Source: Toensbergia leucococca (lineage: Eukaryota). From it: DNA of 64,000 nucleotides. The notes beneath the pieces were generated by a model. It had not been told where the DNA came from and made no database searches. It saw nothing but the letters and a program-made list of their open reading frames with translations. Of this stretch, positions 1 through 12,209 are shown piece after piece. The stretch spans positions 1-64,000 of the forward strand of contig JALDZS010000114.1 in the NCBI GenBank assembly GCA_022813965.1, written 5' to 3'. Numbering within the stretch: the stretch's first letter is position 1; the number at the start of each line of letters is the position of its first letter. Both the position numbers and the translations under genes were made by a program.

Positions 1-816
1 CTCAAAGAGGTTGCCAAGCGTCTTGAGAAGGAGAAGAGTGAGCGAGAAGAGGTTCGGAGTTGGGAAGTCGGCCGCGATGCCGAAAATGTCCAGTTGAAAT
101 TCGAGGTCGATCAGTTTAAGCAGGAAATTCTTCGACTGCCAACAGAGAATTTCAATCTTGAAAGCCAGAATGAATCTCTGGTCACCTCTGTAAGAGCATA
201 TGAAGAGTTGCATGGAGGAGCCAATGCTGGCGAAGGGAAGGTCAAGGTGTCGCGACGGCGAGACGAGGATGAGGATGAGGAAGAAGCAGCGAAGCCGAGG
301 CAGCTGCAGAGGCTGGAGGCAAAGCCTGCAATGGCCGCACCATCGACCACGCCGCAGCAGCAGAAGCCAAAGAGCGTTCGGCCAGAGCCACCGCATAATC
401 AACTGAAGATGAAGACGGCAAATCAGTCGCGGGAGGTGATAGAGCTATGGTTCTCACTATCCAATCCTGAAGCCAGCATGTTCCCAAGAATGCTACGACA
501 ATGGATGATGCACAAAGAGATTCCGGATTTCAGTTGCATCGATGCGCAGCTACTCTGTATTCAGTGCCGTATGACGCTAGTCATGAACCCTCCAACTTTG
601 CACAATTCAGGATTGCTGCTGTTCGTCCACCACCTAGTCGAACTCATCAAGAATCCCGAGACGCAGTGGACGGACAACAACCCGATGTCGAACAAAGCTG
701 ATTTCCCGCAAAGAAAACGGGAATTCATAGCAACTGCTGAGGCGCTCCTGGAGAGGGCTCTTTTGGTCGGGGGCCGCGTGCCCCAGTGTAGCAATGCCCA
801 GTACTACCACATTTGA
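1..816 (+). CDS. Hypothetical protein, 5'-partial (charged/coiled-coil-like N-terminal part)
   Basis: Frame is open from base 1 (LKEVAKRLEKEKSEREEVR...) to TGA at 814-816; E/K/R-rich segment followed by a globular-looking part; no family recognised. Confidence 0.5.
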   Translation, partial: LKEVAKRLEKEKSEREEVRSWEVGRDAENVQLKFEVDQFKQEILRLPTENFNLESQNESLVTSVRAYEELHGGANAGEGKVKVSRRRDEDEDEEEAAKPRQLQRLEAKPAMAAPSTTPQQQKPKSVRPEPPHNQLKMKTANQSREVIELWFSLSNPEASMFPRMLRQWMMHKEIPDFSCIDAQLLCIQCRMTLVMNPPTLHNSGLLLFVHHLVELIKNPETQWTDNNPMSNKADFPQRKREFIATAEALLERALLVGGRVPQCSNAQYYHI

Positions 817-1872
817 CGGTAGAGTGGACATGTCGGAGGGGCAGAGTCTTGGTCGGAGAGCATTGCGAAGGTTAATTTGGTCTTGGAGTTTGGGTTAGGT
901 GGTTGTACTACTAGGTACCTCTCGGATTTAAATGCTGGTCTTTGCAGTGCGGCGTTATTCAAGCATTTGGAGATTAAAATGATAGAATTCAGGAGTTGGT
1001 CGTGTTTCTTATCTGAACACTCGTAGTCCTTGAGTGCTGCCGCCATCAAAGGTTTCCTGAGAGGCTGAGGCTGAGCCTACCTATCTAGCTCACCAATATC
1101 TTTACTTGGTGTCAGTGAACGGTGAAACCAATGAACCTGTATCAGCATTCAGCACCCACTCATCTTCATCTAATTCTCTCTACTGGATATCATAGTCCCA
1201 CGCCTTTAAGACCACGAAACGATATGCTAAATCCGTGACTGTAGACGCATGAGAGACGCCACAGATGGAGCCTCAATATCGAGTTCTCGGGCGCGTGAGG
1301 GTTGCAGTAGCAACAGTGAGGAAGATTGGCAGAGTGTCAGACTGATCTGTTCTTCTAGGCTGATATTGTCAACAATACAAAAGGTACTTAACGTCTGACC
1401 TGACCTCTTGACAAATTATCTCGAACAGGTATTTTCCTCGCTCTTGTTGATGTTGATGTTATCTAGTAATCGCGAATACCATGGAAAGATGAGGGGAAAA
1501 TGAGGAGTCTGCCGATCACCTCGGAAATAATCCCCTCATATGTTTCCATCTGGCTTGTGTTTTCATTGGGAGTTAGGTATATAGATGAGGTGGTATCCCA
1601 TCAAAAGTCTTTATCAAATAGAGAATCTTTCGACCCATTAGTTAATCCAAAATTCATCCATCCATATGATCACCGATTCCTCATATAATGAACTTCTATT
1701 CATATAAATATCGATCCTAAACCTCAATAGCTCTCATCCTTACTACTGATTATTGGGCTAGTAAGGACTTCACCTCCCTGGCATCTCTGCTCAAAGTTCA
1801 ATAATACCTGCAGCAATTCCCAAGCTGGTAACTCATCAACATCTCCTCACCTCTTCTATCAAATCTCCTATA

Positions 1873-2584
1873 CTAAATCTTACTCTTCTCCGTCTCCCCG
1901 CCATAATAGTTCCCGTGATACTGCTCGGCGCCCTCGGCGCCCTTGAACCACGCAACGCGATCCTTCGTAAATGTCTCAAGCTGGGGCTTCAAGGTCGTCT
2001 CATGCAGCGTTCGGTCGTCCACTTGGCCAATCCGCATGATTGCCTTACCGGGCCAGCCGGAAGAGACTGAGGAAGGTAAGTTAGCATATATGCAACTTTA
2101 GAGCAAAGGCGAATGTAGCGTTGGTTAAGTCAAGAAGGCGCATCTCCTGCAAAGCTGGAAAGTAAATTTACCCCTATACATCAGACTTCCACAAACACTG
2201 CAGAAGTAGTTCGTCATGGTGTTCCCCGTCGCAATAGTCTTGGTCATCGCGAATGTTTTGATTTTGTCTTGACCCCGTACGTACTTCAGAGATGCATCGA
2301 GAATGGTAAAATTTGATGCAAACATCGATGCGGTAAGTTTGCGGCAGTCGATGCAATTGCAGACAAACTGTTTAATATGAGCATCCAAGGGAAGAGCAGG
2401 GAGGCAGTCTTACAGTGTTGACTAAATCGTCACCTTCGATGGACTGTAGGTAATATGATGTTAACCAATCGCGCTACTATCATGAGATGCTTTTCTGATA
2501 AACGGTGGTAGCTAAGTTAGTGAAGATATGACATACAAAAGCGAGTTGGACAGCGCCGCAGAAACATGTCTCTCTTGTAGACAT
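1873..2584 (-). CDS. GFA / CENP-V (Mss4-like) Zn-binding protein, 4 exons
   Basis: Spliced product MSTRETCFCGAVQLAF|SIEGDDLVNT|FVCNCIDCRK...YFCSVCGSLMYR|VSSGWPG...EKSKI*; CxC, CxCxxC and FCxxCG motifs; GTATGT/GTAAGA/GTAAAT donors. Confidence 0.88.
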
Positions 2585-3525
2585 TGTAGCAACTTGGAGA
2601 ATATGGGACAGAGGGATAGCAGATGGGGACTATGTGCAATGAACAAGGAAATCAAAGCCAAGACTGCAAGAAGTGGGAAATTGTAGCTGATATACAACTC
2701 AGGTAGAGATAGCAGAAAGGAAGCCCCTCATTGTTGGAGTAGCGGTGACGGTCGCACTCGATATATATGTAGGGTTGATGAGTCAGGAGACAAAAGGACA
2801 AAAGGATAGTGAGTGGAGTTGTGTAATGTTCTAGCCTTCTAAGCACCCTCGCACCCTCCTTCCACTTTACCACCTTACCTAATGAAGTGCATACCCGCTC
2901 CCACTGCTGCCGCCGAAGGTTTCCTATTCTACTCCGTACCACATCTTTAATTAGCGCCAGAGAATTGTGAAACCAATGGCACTTGTAACAGCCTTCAGCC
3001 CACTTATCTCCATCTGCGGAGTGCCTCTCTCTACGATACATTAGAGTCACAATTCTCTCATTTTTTGTGTGCCTGTTCCTGTTGACCTACTTTGTTGTCA
3101 CTCATTTGTCCTCCAAGTCGCTCGTTAATCTAGCCATCCAACATCCTCTGGCAAACGTATCCCTTGCTTGGAACCACCTACCTAAACACCTTTCCGGCTG
3201 CGCCGACGGAACAAACAGCCTTGTTGTCATTGACCCAATTGACACAGACCAGAAGTCTTCAATAACAATGCGACATACAAAAGTACCTTGGCATTGATGA
3301 AAGCGAGGGCCTACGAGAAGCCTTTGTCACCACCACTTCTTTCATCACTCTAAATCCAATTCTGCCGCCGTACACCAAGACGAAATCGACCCTTCTGTTT
3401 TACATTTGCAATCGAGGCGGCTGGACCGCACCGTTGCGAGAACACTCTGATCTTTGTCACCGTCACTACAGAGAAACACTCCACTGCGACATATACATAG
3501 TAATTCGATTAATAACTCTCTTAGA

Positions 3526-5707
3526 ATGACTTGCTCGGGGGAGCGTGAAAAACTTGGTGACATGAGGGCAGAGCAGAAGTGGGATTATATCGTAAGACTC
3601 GTTGTGCGCCGTCCTCGCCCGGTACTTGGTGTCTAACGTTTTGCAGAACCTCTCTGATTTCAAGTCAACCTCGTGCTTCACTCCATTGTCCTACGGCATT
3701 CTTTACATATCTCTGCTCATCTCCCTCGTCGTCTACGCCGTCGATCTGTTCACTGCAATCAATCTTCTGGTCTTTGATCGCTGGTCTGGTCAAGTCAAAC
3801 CTGTGATACCATTTAAAATCTCCAAATGGATATTTGCTGCTTGCATTATACTTTCTTGGATCTTCCTAGTATACAGATGGCTGAGAGCCATCCGAGCAAT
3901 GCGAAGCGGCGGCGTAGCAGCAAGCTACTTAGATCCATTAGCAGTACGAATACAAAGCGTTCGCATGGGCGCGAGAGGGAGGGGATGGGGAAGGTTTCTT
4001 GTTTTTGCCGAATTGACCAAAAGCAAAAAAGGCACCGACTATGTAGCCCTGTTCACATACTTCTCCTTTGAGGGTGAGTTCTAGATACTCCCATTTTTAG
4101 CCGCTTACTAAACTTCCATAGCTTGGATGCGCATACTCTTTGCAGAAGGGCCCCGGCAAGCTATCAATGCCATGACACTGTATTCTGTCATGCAAGCTAA
4201 TCTCCTACCGAGCGGGAAACATGCTGCTAGTAATGGCCATACCCCCATTGTGCAATTCTTTGTCAACATCCAATTGCTGGCAGATGCCGACCGGGAGCAA
4301 GCTGCCATCTTGTTTGGCATGCTCTTCACCCTCATAATCTGGGTCTTCTCTGCTCTCAGTCTAGCTATTGCCGTCTTGATGTACATTCTATTCCTGTGGC
4401 ACCACATTCCTAGCATCGACGGAGGTCTTTCTGGCTATTGCAAGAGGAAAATCGATACTCGAGTGCAGAGGATTGTTGGCATCAAAGTAAAGAAGGCTCT
4501 GGCTAAGGGAGATACAACAAGAGCGAACGCCATTTTCAATGGCGAAGGAGAACCACCACAACTCAAGCGCCAGCCAACCATACCCATACTCGATGATCGA
4601 GAAGAAGGCAATCCTCTTCTAGACATGCCCTTGCTTTCCGGACAGGGAACCCCAACAACGCTTCCTTCTTATACTCAACGCCCGCTTACTCGCAACAATA
4701 GTCCTCTCTCCGATCTAGACAGGCAGCCAACAATACCAGACATGTCCACAGATTGTGATAGACCAATGCCGCCTTCGAGGTCAACCACCCAATCATCTGC
4801 TTTGTCAAATTCAAGCTACGCTTCTGATGCTCCTCTCATGGGTGCGGCAAGCAGCATGGGTCAAGGACCTCGTGGTCGCACCTACTCTCCGGCACCTTTT
4901 TCCAGAATGGCTTCCGACCGAAGTATACACAGCGACAGGCTGCCTATGAAGCGAAGCGTAACGGGAAGCTCACAAGCAACACAACTATCCTACAATTCAC
5001 CCTGCCGACCGCCCACAGCAGCAGGTCGGAAGACGCCTGGTCCTCTATCACGCCAGAATACCAATATGAGCGGCTACGACTCCACCGGACGCATTACGCC
5101 GGGCTTCTCTCCTACAGAGCCTCCAGATCGCAGAATACCCCCGCAGCAATACTTTCCAGCAAAGACCTACGGAAGGCGCACCCCCGTCCCAACACCTACT
5201 AATCCAACCCCCATTCAAGCCTACGAAATGCACTCCCATTCGCCCAGTCCAGCACCTCAGCACCAAGTGCCCACCCAATCCTACAAAATCCGCCCACAAA
5301 CCCCAACATCCGCCACCAGCCCCTCCCCCATCAAGCGCACCTACACAGCCTTTAAGCCAACCAACACTCCCACTTCCTACCCCATACCCCCACCAAACAG
5401 CAACTACACCTCCCCACCCCCTCCCTCCTCCGCCCGAAACTTCACCCTCCCCAGCCGACCCATCGCAACCCCCAAACCATTCCCGCCGCAACGCTCAGGC
5501 ACAGCTCCTCTCCCCGAACACACCACCTACGACACCTCAATCTACGACTCCTACACCGACAGGCGCCCGAGCATACCAATCCGCTCCGCGACCGCAGGTC
5601 CAGATGCCACTGGGGGGCTGACACGATCCGCGACGGCGGGTCCCGAGACTAGAGGCTGGGGCACCTATGAACAGAGAAGGCCGAGTGGTGGGGAGGAGTA
5701 TTGCTAA
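3526..5707 (+). CDS. Kch1/Prm6-family fungal membrane protein (putative K+ transporter) with long Pro/Ser/Thr-rich C-tail, 3 exons
   Basis: Exons 3526-3591, 3647-4073, 4122-5707 join in frame; QKWDYINLSDF...YAVDLFTAINLL...LFAEGPRQAINA motifs; several TM segments. Confidence 0.78.
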
Positions 5708-6218
5708 TTTTTTTTCCAGGAGGGTTTCGCGGTTTGCTTTGTGGCCTCGGGGTATGGATTGCGCGATGAATAAAAGATACCCAACCCGCCTTCTGAAAGA
5801 CGTTTTTTTGCGTTAGATGGCGGGAATTTTGCTTTGGGGTTTTGGGATGCGATGATGAAGTTTAGGATGTGGGGTCTGTGGATATGATTTGTTTTCATTG
5901 GGTTAGTTCTCTTGGATTATTGCCAAATTTAGGTGTTGGATTGTCAAGGGCAGGGTTTTGTAGCAGGATAGCTAGCCAGACAAAACATATAATCAACCAC
6001 TTGCTTATGATCAGGATATTTTGCAATGTGTGAATGTGTATATGTATGATGTCAGTGTTTTATTTTTGGCTGCCTACCGGAAAGTATCATCACCCATGAG
6101 TTCTCTTACTCACTCCGGGGATCCAATTCGGAGAAAACAGGAACAGGGGTATAAACCCCGACATGGCAACCAAACACTCCCCCCCAAAAAAAGCCCTAAT
6201 TCGTTCCAAACACCCACA

Positions 6219-9200
6219 TCACCAAATCCTCTTCCCAACCATACTATACCTACTCACCCCCCCAAACCTCTCCTTCCCCGCACCCCCTTCCCTCTCCCTT
6301 GCCACAGCCTCCTTCTCCCTCTCCCTCAACCGCCTCAAGCCCCCCTCATCATCTCCATAAATCAACCTCCGTCTATCCTCCCCCACCTCCACAACCCCCC
6401 ACCCCCCAGCCCTCCTCCCCTCCGCATGCACTGTCACTCCCCCCTCCCTCTCCTTCATACCCCGATACCTCCTTCTCGAGAACGAAAGCAAACACATACC
6501 CAAGACAAGCTTGCAAGCCAACAGAACAAGGCACAGAACAAGGAAAAAGACGATCATGGTCGCAAAGGCGATAGCGTCGTCGGTGGTCCAGGCGAAAGAG
6601 GATAATTCGGGCCTTCCTCCGACGCCAAAGGTGGAGTGGCCGAGGGCGCGGCGGAAGATGTTGTCGATGTGGGCGAGGGCGGCGGTGGTGGCGGGAGAGG
6701 AGGACTCGACGGAGAGGGAGGTGGCTGGGGAGGGGAGCGGGGAGGGCACGTGGGTGGAGAGAAACATGTGGTAGGTTTGGAGCGAGGCGCGGATGAAGAG
6801 GCAGGAGAGCGGGATGACGGGGAGGCCGAGGCGGCGGGTGAGGTTTTGGTCGGCGAAGGCCTGTTGCGGGGAAAAAGGGATTAGTGGAATGTTTGGAGTT
6901 CTTGCAAACAAGATGGGATGGTTACATTTGAGTAGTAGTCTTTTGCTAAGACGTCGAGGAAGCGGCCGTAGATAGCTGGCTTGGTGTTGTTGAATTTGGT
7001 GATGTAGGCATGTTTGAGCCAGTCTACTAGCATTTCGCTGCCGAGGACGAGGAGAAAGGGCCCCATGACTTGGCCGATCCATTCGGGAAAGATGGTGAAG
7101 CTTTTTGGGAGGATGGTTGATGTTTGGGAGCCCATTATACTGCCTGGAGATGGGCTCAAGCCAAGGCTTAGTCCGCCTGTTTCGACAATATTGCGAGAAG
7201 CAATGATGATCAGCATTAGCCAAAGCTGGAAGCGTTCAACCACATCTGCGCATGTGAGTTGGAAGAGATTCTCCTTATCGATTCTCTTGAAGACTGTGGA
7301 TTTGATCTCTACAAATTGGTTTGACATCAGTAGAGTCAGTAATGCGTTGGAGTACGAGTTGACTGCTACGTTAAGTGTGATAACCTGATAGAATAAGGCT
7401 GTAGCGTGCATCAGATTGTAGCAGAGGGCCAGAACAAACAGCCAGAGTGGTCGCAGGACCTTGCTACGGCCGTCCGGCTTACGTTCAAGTACCTCCTTTG
7501 AGAGAAGACACTCAAGCACATCCTGCCCCAGCGCAGAGAACAACCGATCGCAGACCTTAACGGTACATTTAGCTGAATAGGACCAGTCCATCATTGCGCT
7601 GACAAGCACTGACCTCAAGAACATTGTAGATGACATAAAGCTTGATTGCATCTTGGCCACGTATGCCATGATACATCCTACTAGCATCAAAGTACATGAG
7701 AATGGTGCAACTAATCAGAATCAGAAGTCCCTTCAAGATATCTGCTTTGTGATCCGGCATCAACGCTGAAGGTGCTGATCTTGATCTTCGGTGTTTTTGC
7801 CCACTAGCCTGGTGGCGCTTGCGATCCGGTTCCGGATGGGAATGGCTGGCACTCGAATTCTCTTTAGGCATCGGAAATCGTGGCGATTGAGATGCTATTT
7901 TGTTAATCGATGTTCGCCTCACATCAGCACTGTCTTCAGAAGGTATAGGGACCTCTAGCTTGACCCTGATGTCATTGCTTCGTCGCCTTTGCCACATCCT
8001 TCCAATACCTGTATAAATGAAACTTGCGATGAAATTAGCTTCCATAGAGATATTGCGGGTCCAAGATTGGCTGAGAATAAATAGTGCCTTAAAAAATCTC
8101 AGAGGGAGTATAGTGAAAGAGTAGAGCCATGCATCTAAACAGGCAAGGGCGCCGAACCATAGAACCAATTCTAGTTGAGGGGGAAGGAGAAGGAAATTGA
8201 GAAGACGCTCAATCTTGACATGAGATGGTTCATAAGGAATGTCGCTCGTCTCAGAATGATATATATAGAGCGGTGATGGCCGGTCTGAAGAAAGTTCGAG
8301 CTGTAAGTATGTAGGTATTGACAAGGGTGGCACGGGTATTGATGAGGGCATCGGCGAAGGTATCGGCTCAGCTGGATTAGAGGACTTCATCGCGATTTTG
8401 TCTTCGTGAAGATGGAGTGGTGCAGGAATTGATCGGTTCGCTTTCGACAAAGACATCGGAGATAAAGCAGCACCACCGGCTTTCGGAGCAGAAGGCCTCC
8501 TCCTTATCGGAGGTGTAGACACTGTTCGAGAAGTCAAATGTGGTCTCGTCATGCTAGAATGTTCTTCCCCTGATTGTGGAGATTGAGTGTCCCGGGTTGA
8601 GTCTATGTCCGAAGTGGGAGAGACCATAGCGCTACCAGACCTCTTCCTGCCGTGTATCTTGTTCGTGGATCCACTGGCTAGCTGTGTTTCGGACACGTCT
8701 GCAACTGACCATCGTTTCCAAGTCGTTGGCAAATCGTGTCCGTCCTGGACTGGAGAATGAAGTTGATCTGCTTGCAGGTTGTGCAAAGGCAGAGATTTCG
8801 GGGAAGAAGTGAGCTCGTAAATTTTGGCGGGTGAAAGCTTCAAGACTCTATCTTTTTGGTGACCTGATGGTTCTGATGCATCCAAGTAGCGGTCCTTACC
8901 TTTCCCAAGCACGTTCTCGGTCGGCCCGACATTCGTGTCCTCGCATCGTGGTAACAGCGAAGACACCGTACCATTTGAGGCCTCCTTGATGATTTTCACC
9001 CCATTCAGTAGTCCAGTTTCCTTCTTCGAACCTATCTTGACTGCTACCCCGTCCAGTATGTGCCCTTGCTGGAGCCTTTCCTCGACATCTTCGCTGGCCC
9101 TTGACTTCGGCGATGGCTCTGATGAAGAAATTCGTCTGACAATAAAGGCACGCCTTTTAATGTGGTATTCACCATCGCCTTCTTCCCTCAAGCATTCGTC

Positions 9201-9326
9201 ATGTAGCCACGTGCTTCCAACATTGTCCGCCCTTTCCTCAAAAGTGTCCTCCCTTGCACCGAGAGATGGAGTTGAAGAGAAACTCGATACATTGTTGCTA
9301 GATTGTGGCCCATATACCATACTCAT
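6219..9326 (-). CDS. EMP65: TAPT1/EMP65 (DUF747) ER membrane protein, 3 exons
   Basis: ERLLNFLLLPPQLE, DAWLYSFTILPLR, IKLYVIYNVLEV|CDRLFSALGQD, SNQFVEIKSTVFK, VDWLKHAYITKFN motifs; introns near 7557-7613 and 6860-6923; start codon approximate. Confidence 0.88.
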
Positions 9327-9667
9327 CGCCGTAGTCAGCAGCTGCAACACGTACCTGACTTTACATGATAATCGTAAAAGTAAAGAATAAAACCCGTGCC
9401 TAGCAAAGTTTACCTTCGAATTTTTGAGCGTGGGAAACGGTAGGGCTGACAAACATGTCCACTATTTAACTAGATTGGCACCAGCACCACAGAGCAAATA
9501 CTACCTTAACCAATACTCCTTCAGAACGTAATTGTTCTTCTAGATATTTTCAGCTACTAATAGTTTATGCGACTCCACTGATTACTCTGTATGTGCCCAG
9601 TGATGTGCTCCTCCCGAATCAACTATTTACATGCTCCGCTAAATCACTTGAATGCATGGACCACGGT

Positions 9668-10923
9668 CTAACTAAACATCAGCCTTAATGGCGAGGGCTT
9701 CTTCTCCTTTTTCTCTTTCTTAGGTTTTGCCAACTTAGAACTCTTGGAGCTTCGACTCTTGCTACTCGAAGTAGGCCTGGTCCGCCTGGAAGTCTTAGCA
9801 GACCCGGTATGATCCCCTTCTCGACGACTCCCCTGACTCGTCACTTCGTGTAAATTCGCCCTCGATAGTGCAGCCGCCCGAGGAGTAATGAATTCTCCGT
9901 CAACGCTGGTGCCAGTCGACTGCTCTTCTACTTCAGCAATACCCCGCCTCCAGTTGTCAATTCTGTTGACATCTCCACCGAATTCGAGCATTTCTTCCAT
10001 GCCTGGATCTTCTTCGCTATTCTTGGCCTTTATTTTCTTAATGATCTTGTATCCACCAAGGGCGACAATCGTGACACCAACACCGACACCGGCTGCGATC
10101 AAGAATTGGGGGCTCGCCAACAGTGCGAAAACGGCGGGAGCGCTTCCTTTCATGGCTATCAGTACTCCTGGAGCCATCTTGGAAACAACGTTGCTGATCT
10201 CGGCTAGTGTAAGGGCTACAGCAGCCATAGCGTCCGGATCCTTCTGTAGTGAAGCAATGATAGCAGAGACCGAGTAATGAACGCAGTTCGCTTCTTCGAG
10301 AAGCATCTTTACTTTTCCAACGAGTCCCTTCAACTCATTCTCGTCCTCTATACGTGCGACCGGTAGAGGTGGTGGAATCTCCCCATACGCCAGATCCATG
10401 TCTATGGTGTCGGGAGAGGACATGGAGCGCATAAGTCCTGCTGAAGGTCTTGGGACGTCATCATGGTTGCTCTGCTCGGTATGTCGCCTCATGAGATCTT
10501 GGCGCAAGGGTTCTCGTGGCATATCGTGGAGATTCTGCTCAAAGCGATGATGTGACGATGGATAGATGGTACTAGTGTCACTCCTTATGGAGCTACCGGA
10601 GTGATGGCGGTCTGTCACCGGCCTCCGTTCTGTACGATGTCTTCGATATGACGCGGAAGACCGATCATCATCAACGGTGCATGATTTCAGTGCCTGGCGG
10701 ACTCGTCGTTCCTCGAGGTTGACTTGCCTACCGGCAACGACCTCCGCCTTTCTTTCGCGATAGGCAATCTTGGCCTCTTTGAAAACATTGATGAGATGTT
10801 TGCTCTGGTAATCGCCAGGTCAGAGAAAGGGTCCCAAGTAACGGAGCATTGTGTAATACTTACTGTACTTACGACCTTTCCAGATTTATCCACAACTGCT
10901 ATCATCTGTGCTGCGTGCATCAT
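9668..10923 (-). CDS. Conserved fungal hypothetical protein with one TM segment, 2 exons
   Basis: Exon 1 MMHAAQMIAVVDKSGKVVST, GTAAGT...CTGAC...CAG intron (~10806-10863), exon 2 SKHLINVFKEAKIAYRERK... continues into the 316-aa ORF; hydrophobic FLIAAGVGVGVTIVALGGY then K-rich tail. Confidence 0.75.
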
Positions 10924-12209
10924 GGCGCCGAGTTTCTCGTGACTTCAAGTAAGAAGGTAATTTGGGGGAATAAGAATTGCACGAGTTTTAATATTATTTT
11001 ACTTAAGGTGATTGTTGCAAGACACTAGAAATAAGAATGCTCTGCAGACATTTATGAAAGAAATGTATTTAGCAAGAGAACAAAGAACAACGACGTATCA
11101 AGGATGACAATGCATTAAAGTAGTAGAGGAGGAAGAGATGAATAATTTGGCAAGAGTCCACTTGGAATAATTTTTGAGGTGAAGGTACTCGTACACTAAC
11201 GATTAACTAAGTCTTTGGGCAGCCGGCACAGCGGGATTAGGTCAATGATAATTTGAATGTGCCAAGTGTGAAGCAGGAAAATGGGTCTTTGTTGTGAAGT
11301 TCTGATTGCTTGAAAGAGAGACGAGCAAGCTGCCTTAGATGTCCTTCCATCACAATACTGAGGTGGCGCGCGCTAAAACATGAGTGTACCCGATACACAG
11401 CTGGTACCTGACAGGCTGATTGAAATTCTAGGCTTCGTTTGAATGACACTGCCAGGGTGTGATAGGCCATAGCCACGACTCTTCCGGTTGAGAGTAGACA
11501 GTACCACGACCCAGTACGAGTAGTGGGAGATGAAAACCGACGAGTCAGCTGGTCTAATGATGCAGAATGACGCCAAAGGCGGGCGCAGGCACACTCGATC
11601 TGGAAGCTTGAACAGAAGACAACTTCCGACATTCTGTGGTTCTTGAGGATGTGCAAATGCGTTAGTTCTAAGAGTAGAGTACCGTCGATGTCTGTTCTTC
11701 TCACGGTTCTACTCGTACCAATGTGTCATTTCTTGCCTGGATAAATGCGTCAACTAGAACTGGACCACCTCCACCTCACCACCATCACTACTTGTCTAGG
11801 GTACTTGTTTTTCGTTTCTCTAGTGCTGCAGCATCCGACCCTATTTCTGTTTCTGAAAGCTCGCCCGCTCAAGTGATCAACCTCTTTCTCCAATCCATAC
11901 CTCCAGCCCCACCATGTATTCTAAAGGGTGCCTCCAATAAATCCGCTCGCTAGGACAACGATAGAATATAATCCAAAGCAGCCCTGATGCCGTGCGTAAA
12001 GGACAGGCGCAGGATAGCGTCACCGGTACCGTGAAGACCATTGGCAATTTGAGTCTGTAGCTGGATTATTTGATATAATATATAAAATAAAGAACTCGGT
12101 TCAACTACCCCGTCTCCCGCCTGGTGCGGTAGAATAGAGTATCAGCCTCCTGCCAAGACCGACTATGTTAATATGACTTGTTCTTTTGCACGAGGGAGCT
12201 ATCCTCACT

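Noticed and set aside
6021..6605. 194-aa Pro-rich plus-strand ORF
   Set aside because: Antisense to the EMP65 3' exon; product of the C-skewed composition
11237..11704. 155-aa minus-strand ORF between divergent genes
   Set aside because: Non-ATG start, no recognisable motif, composition not protein-like
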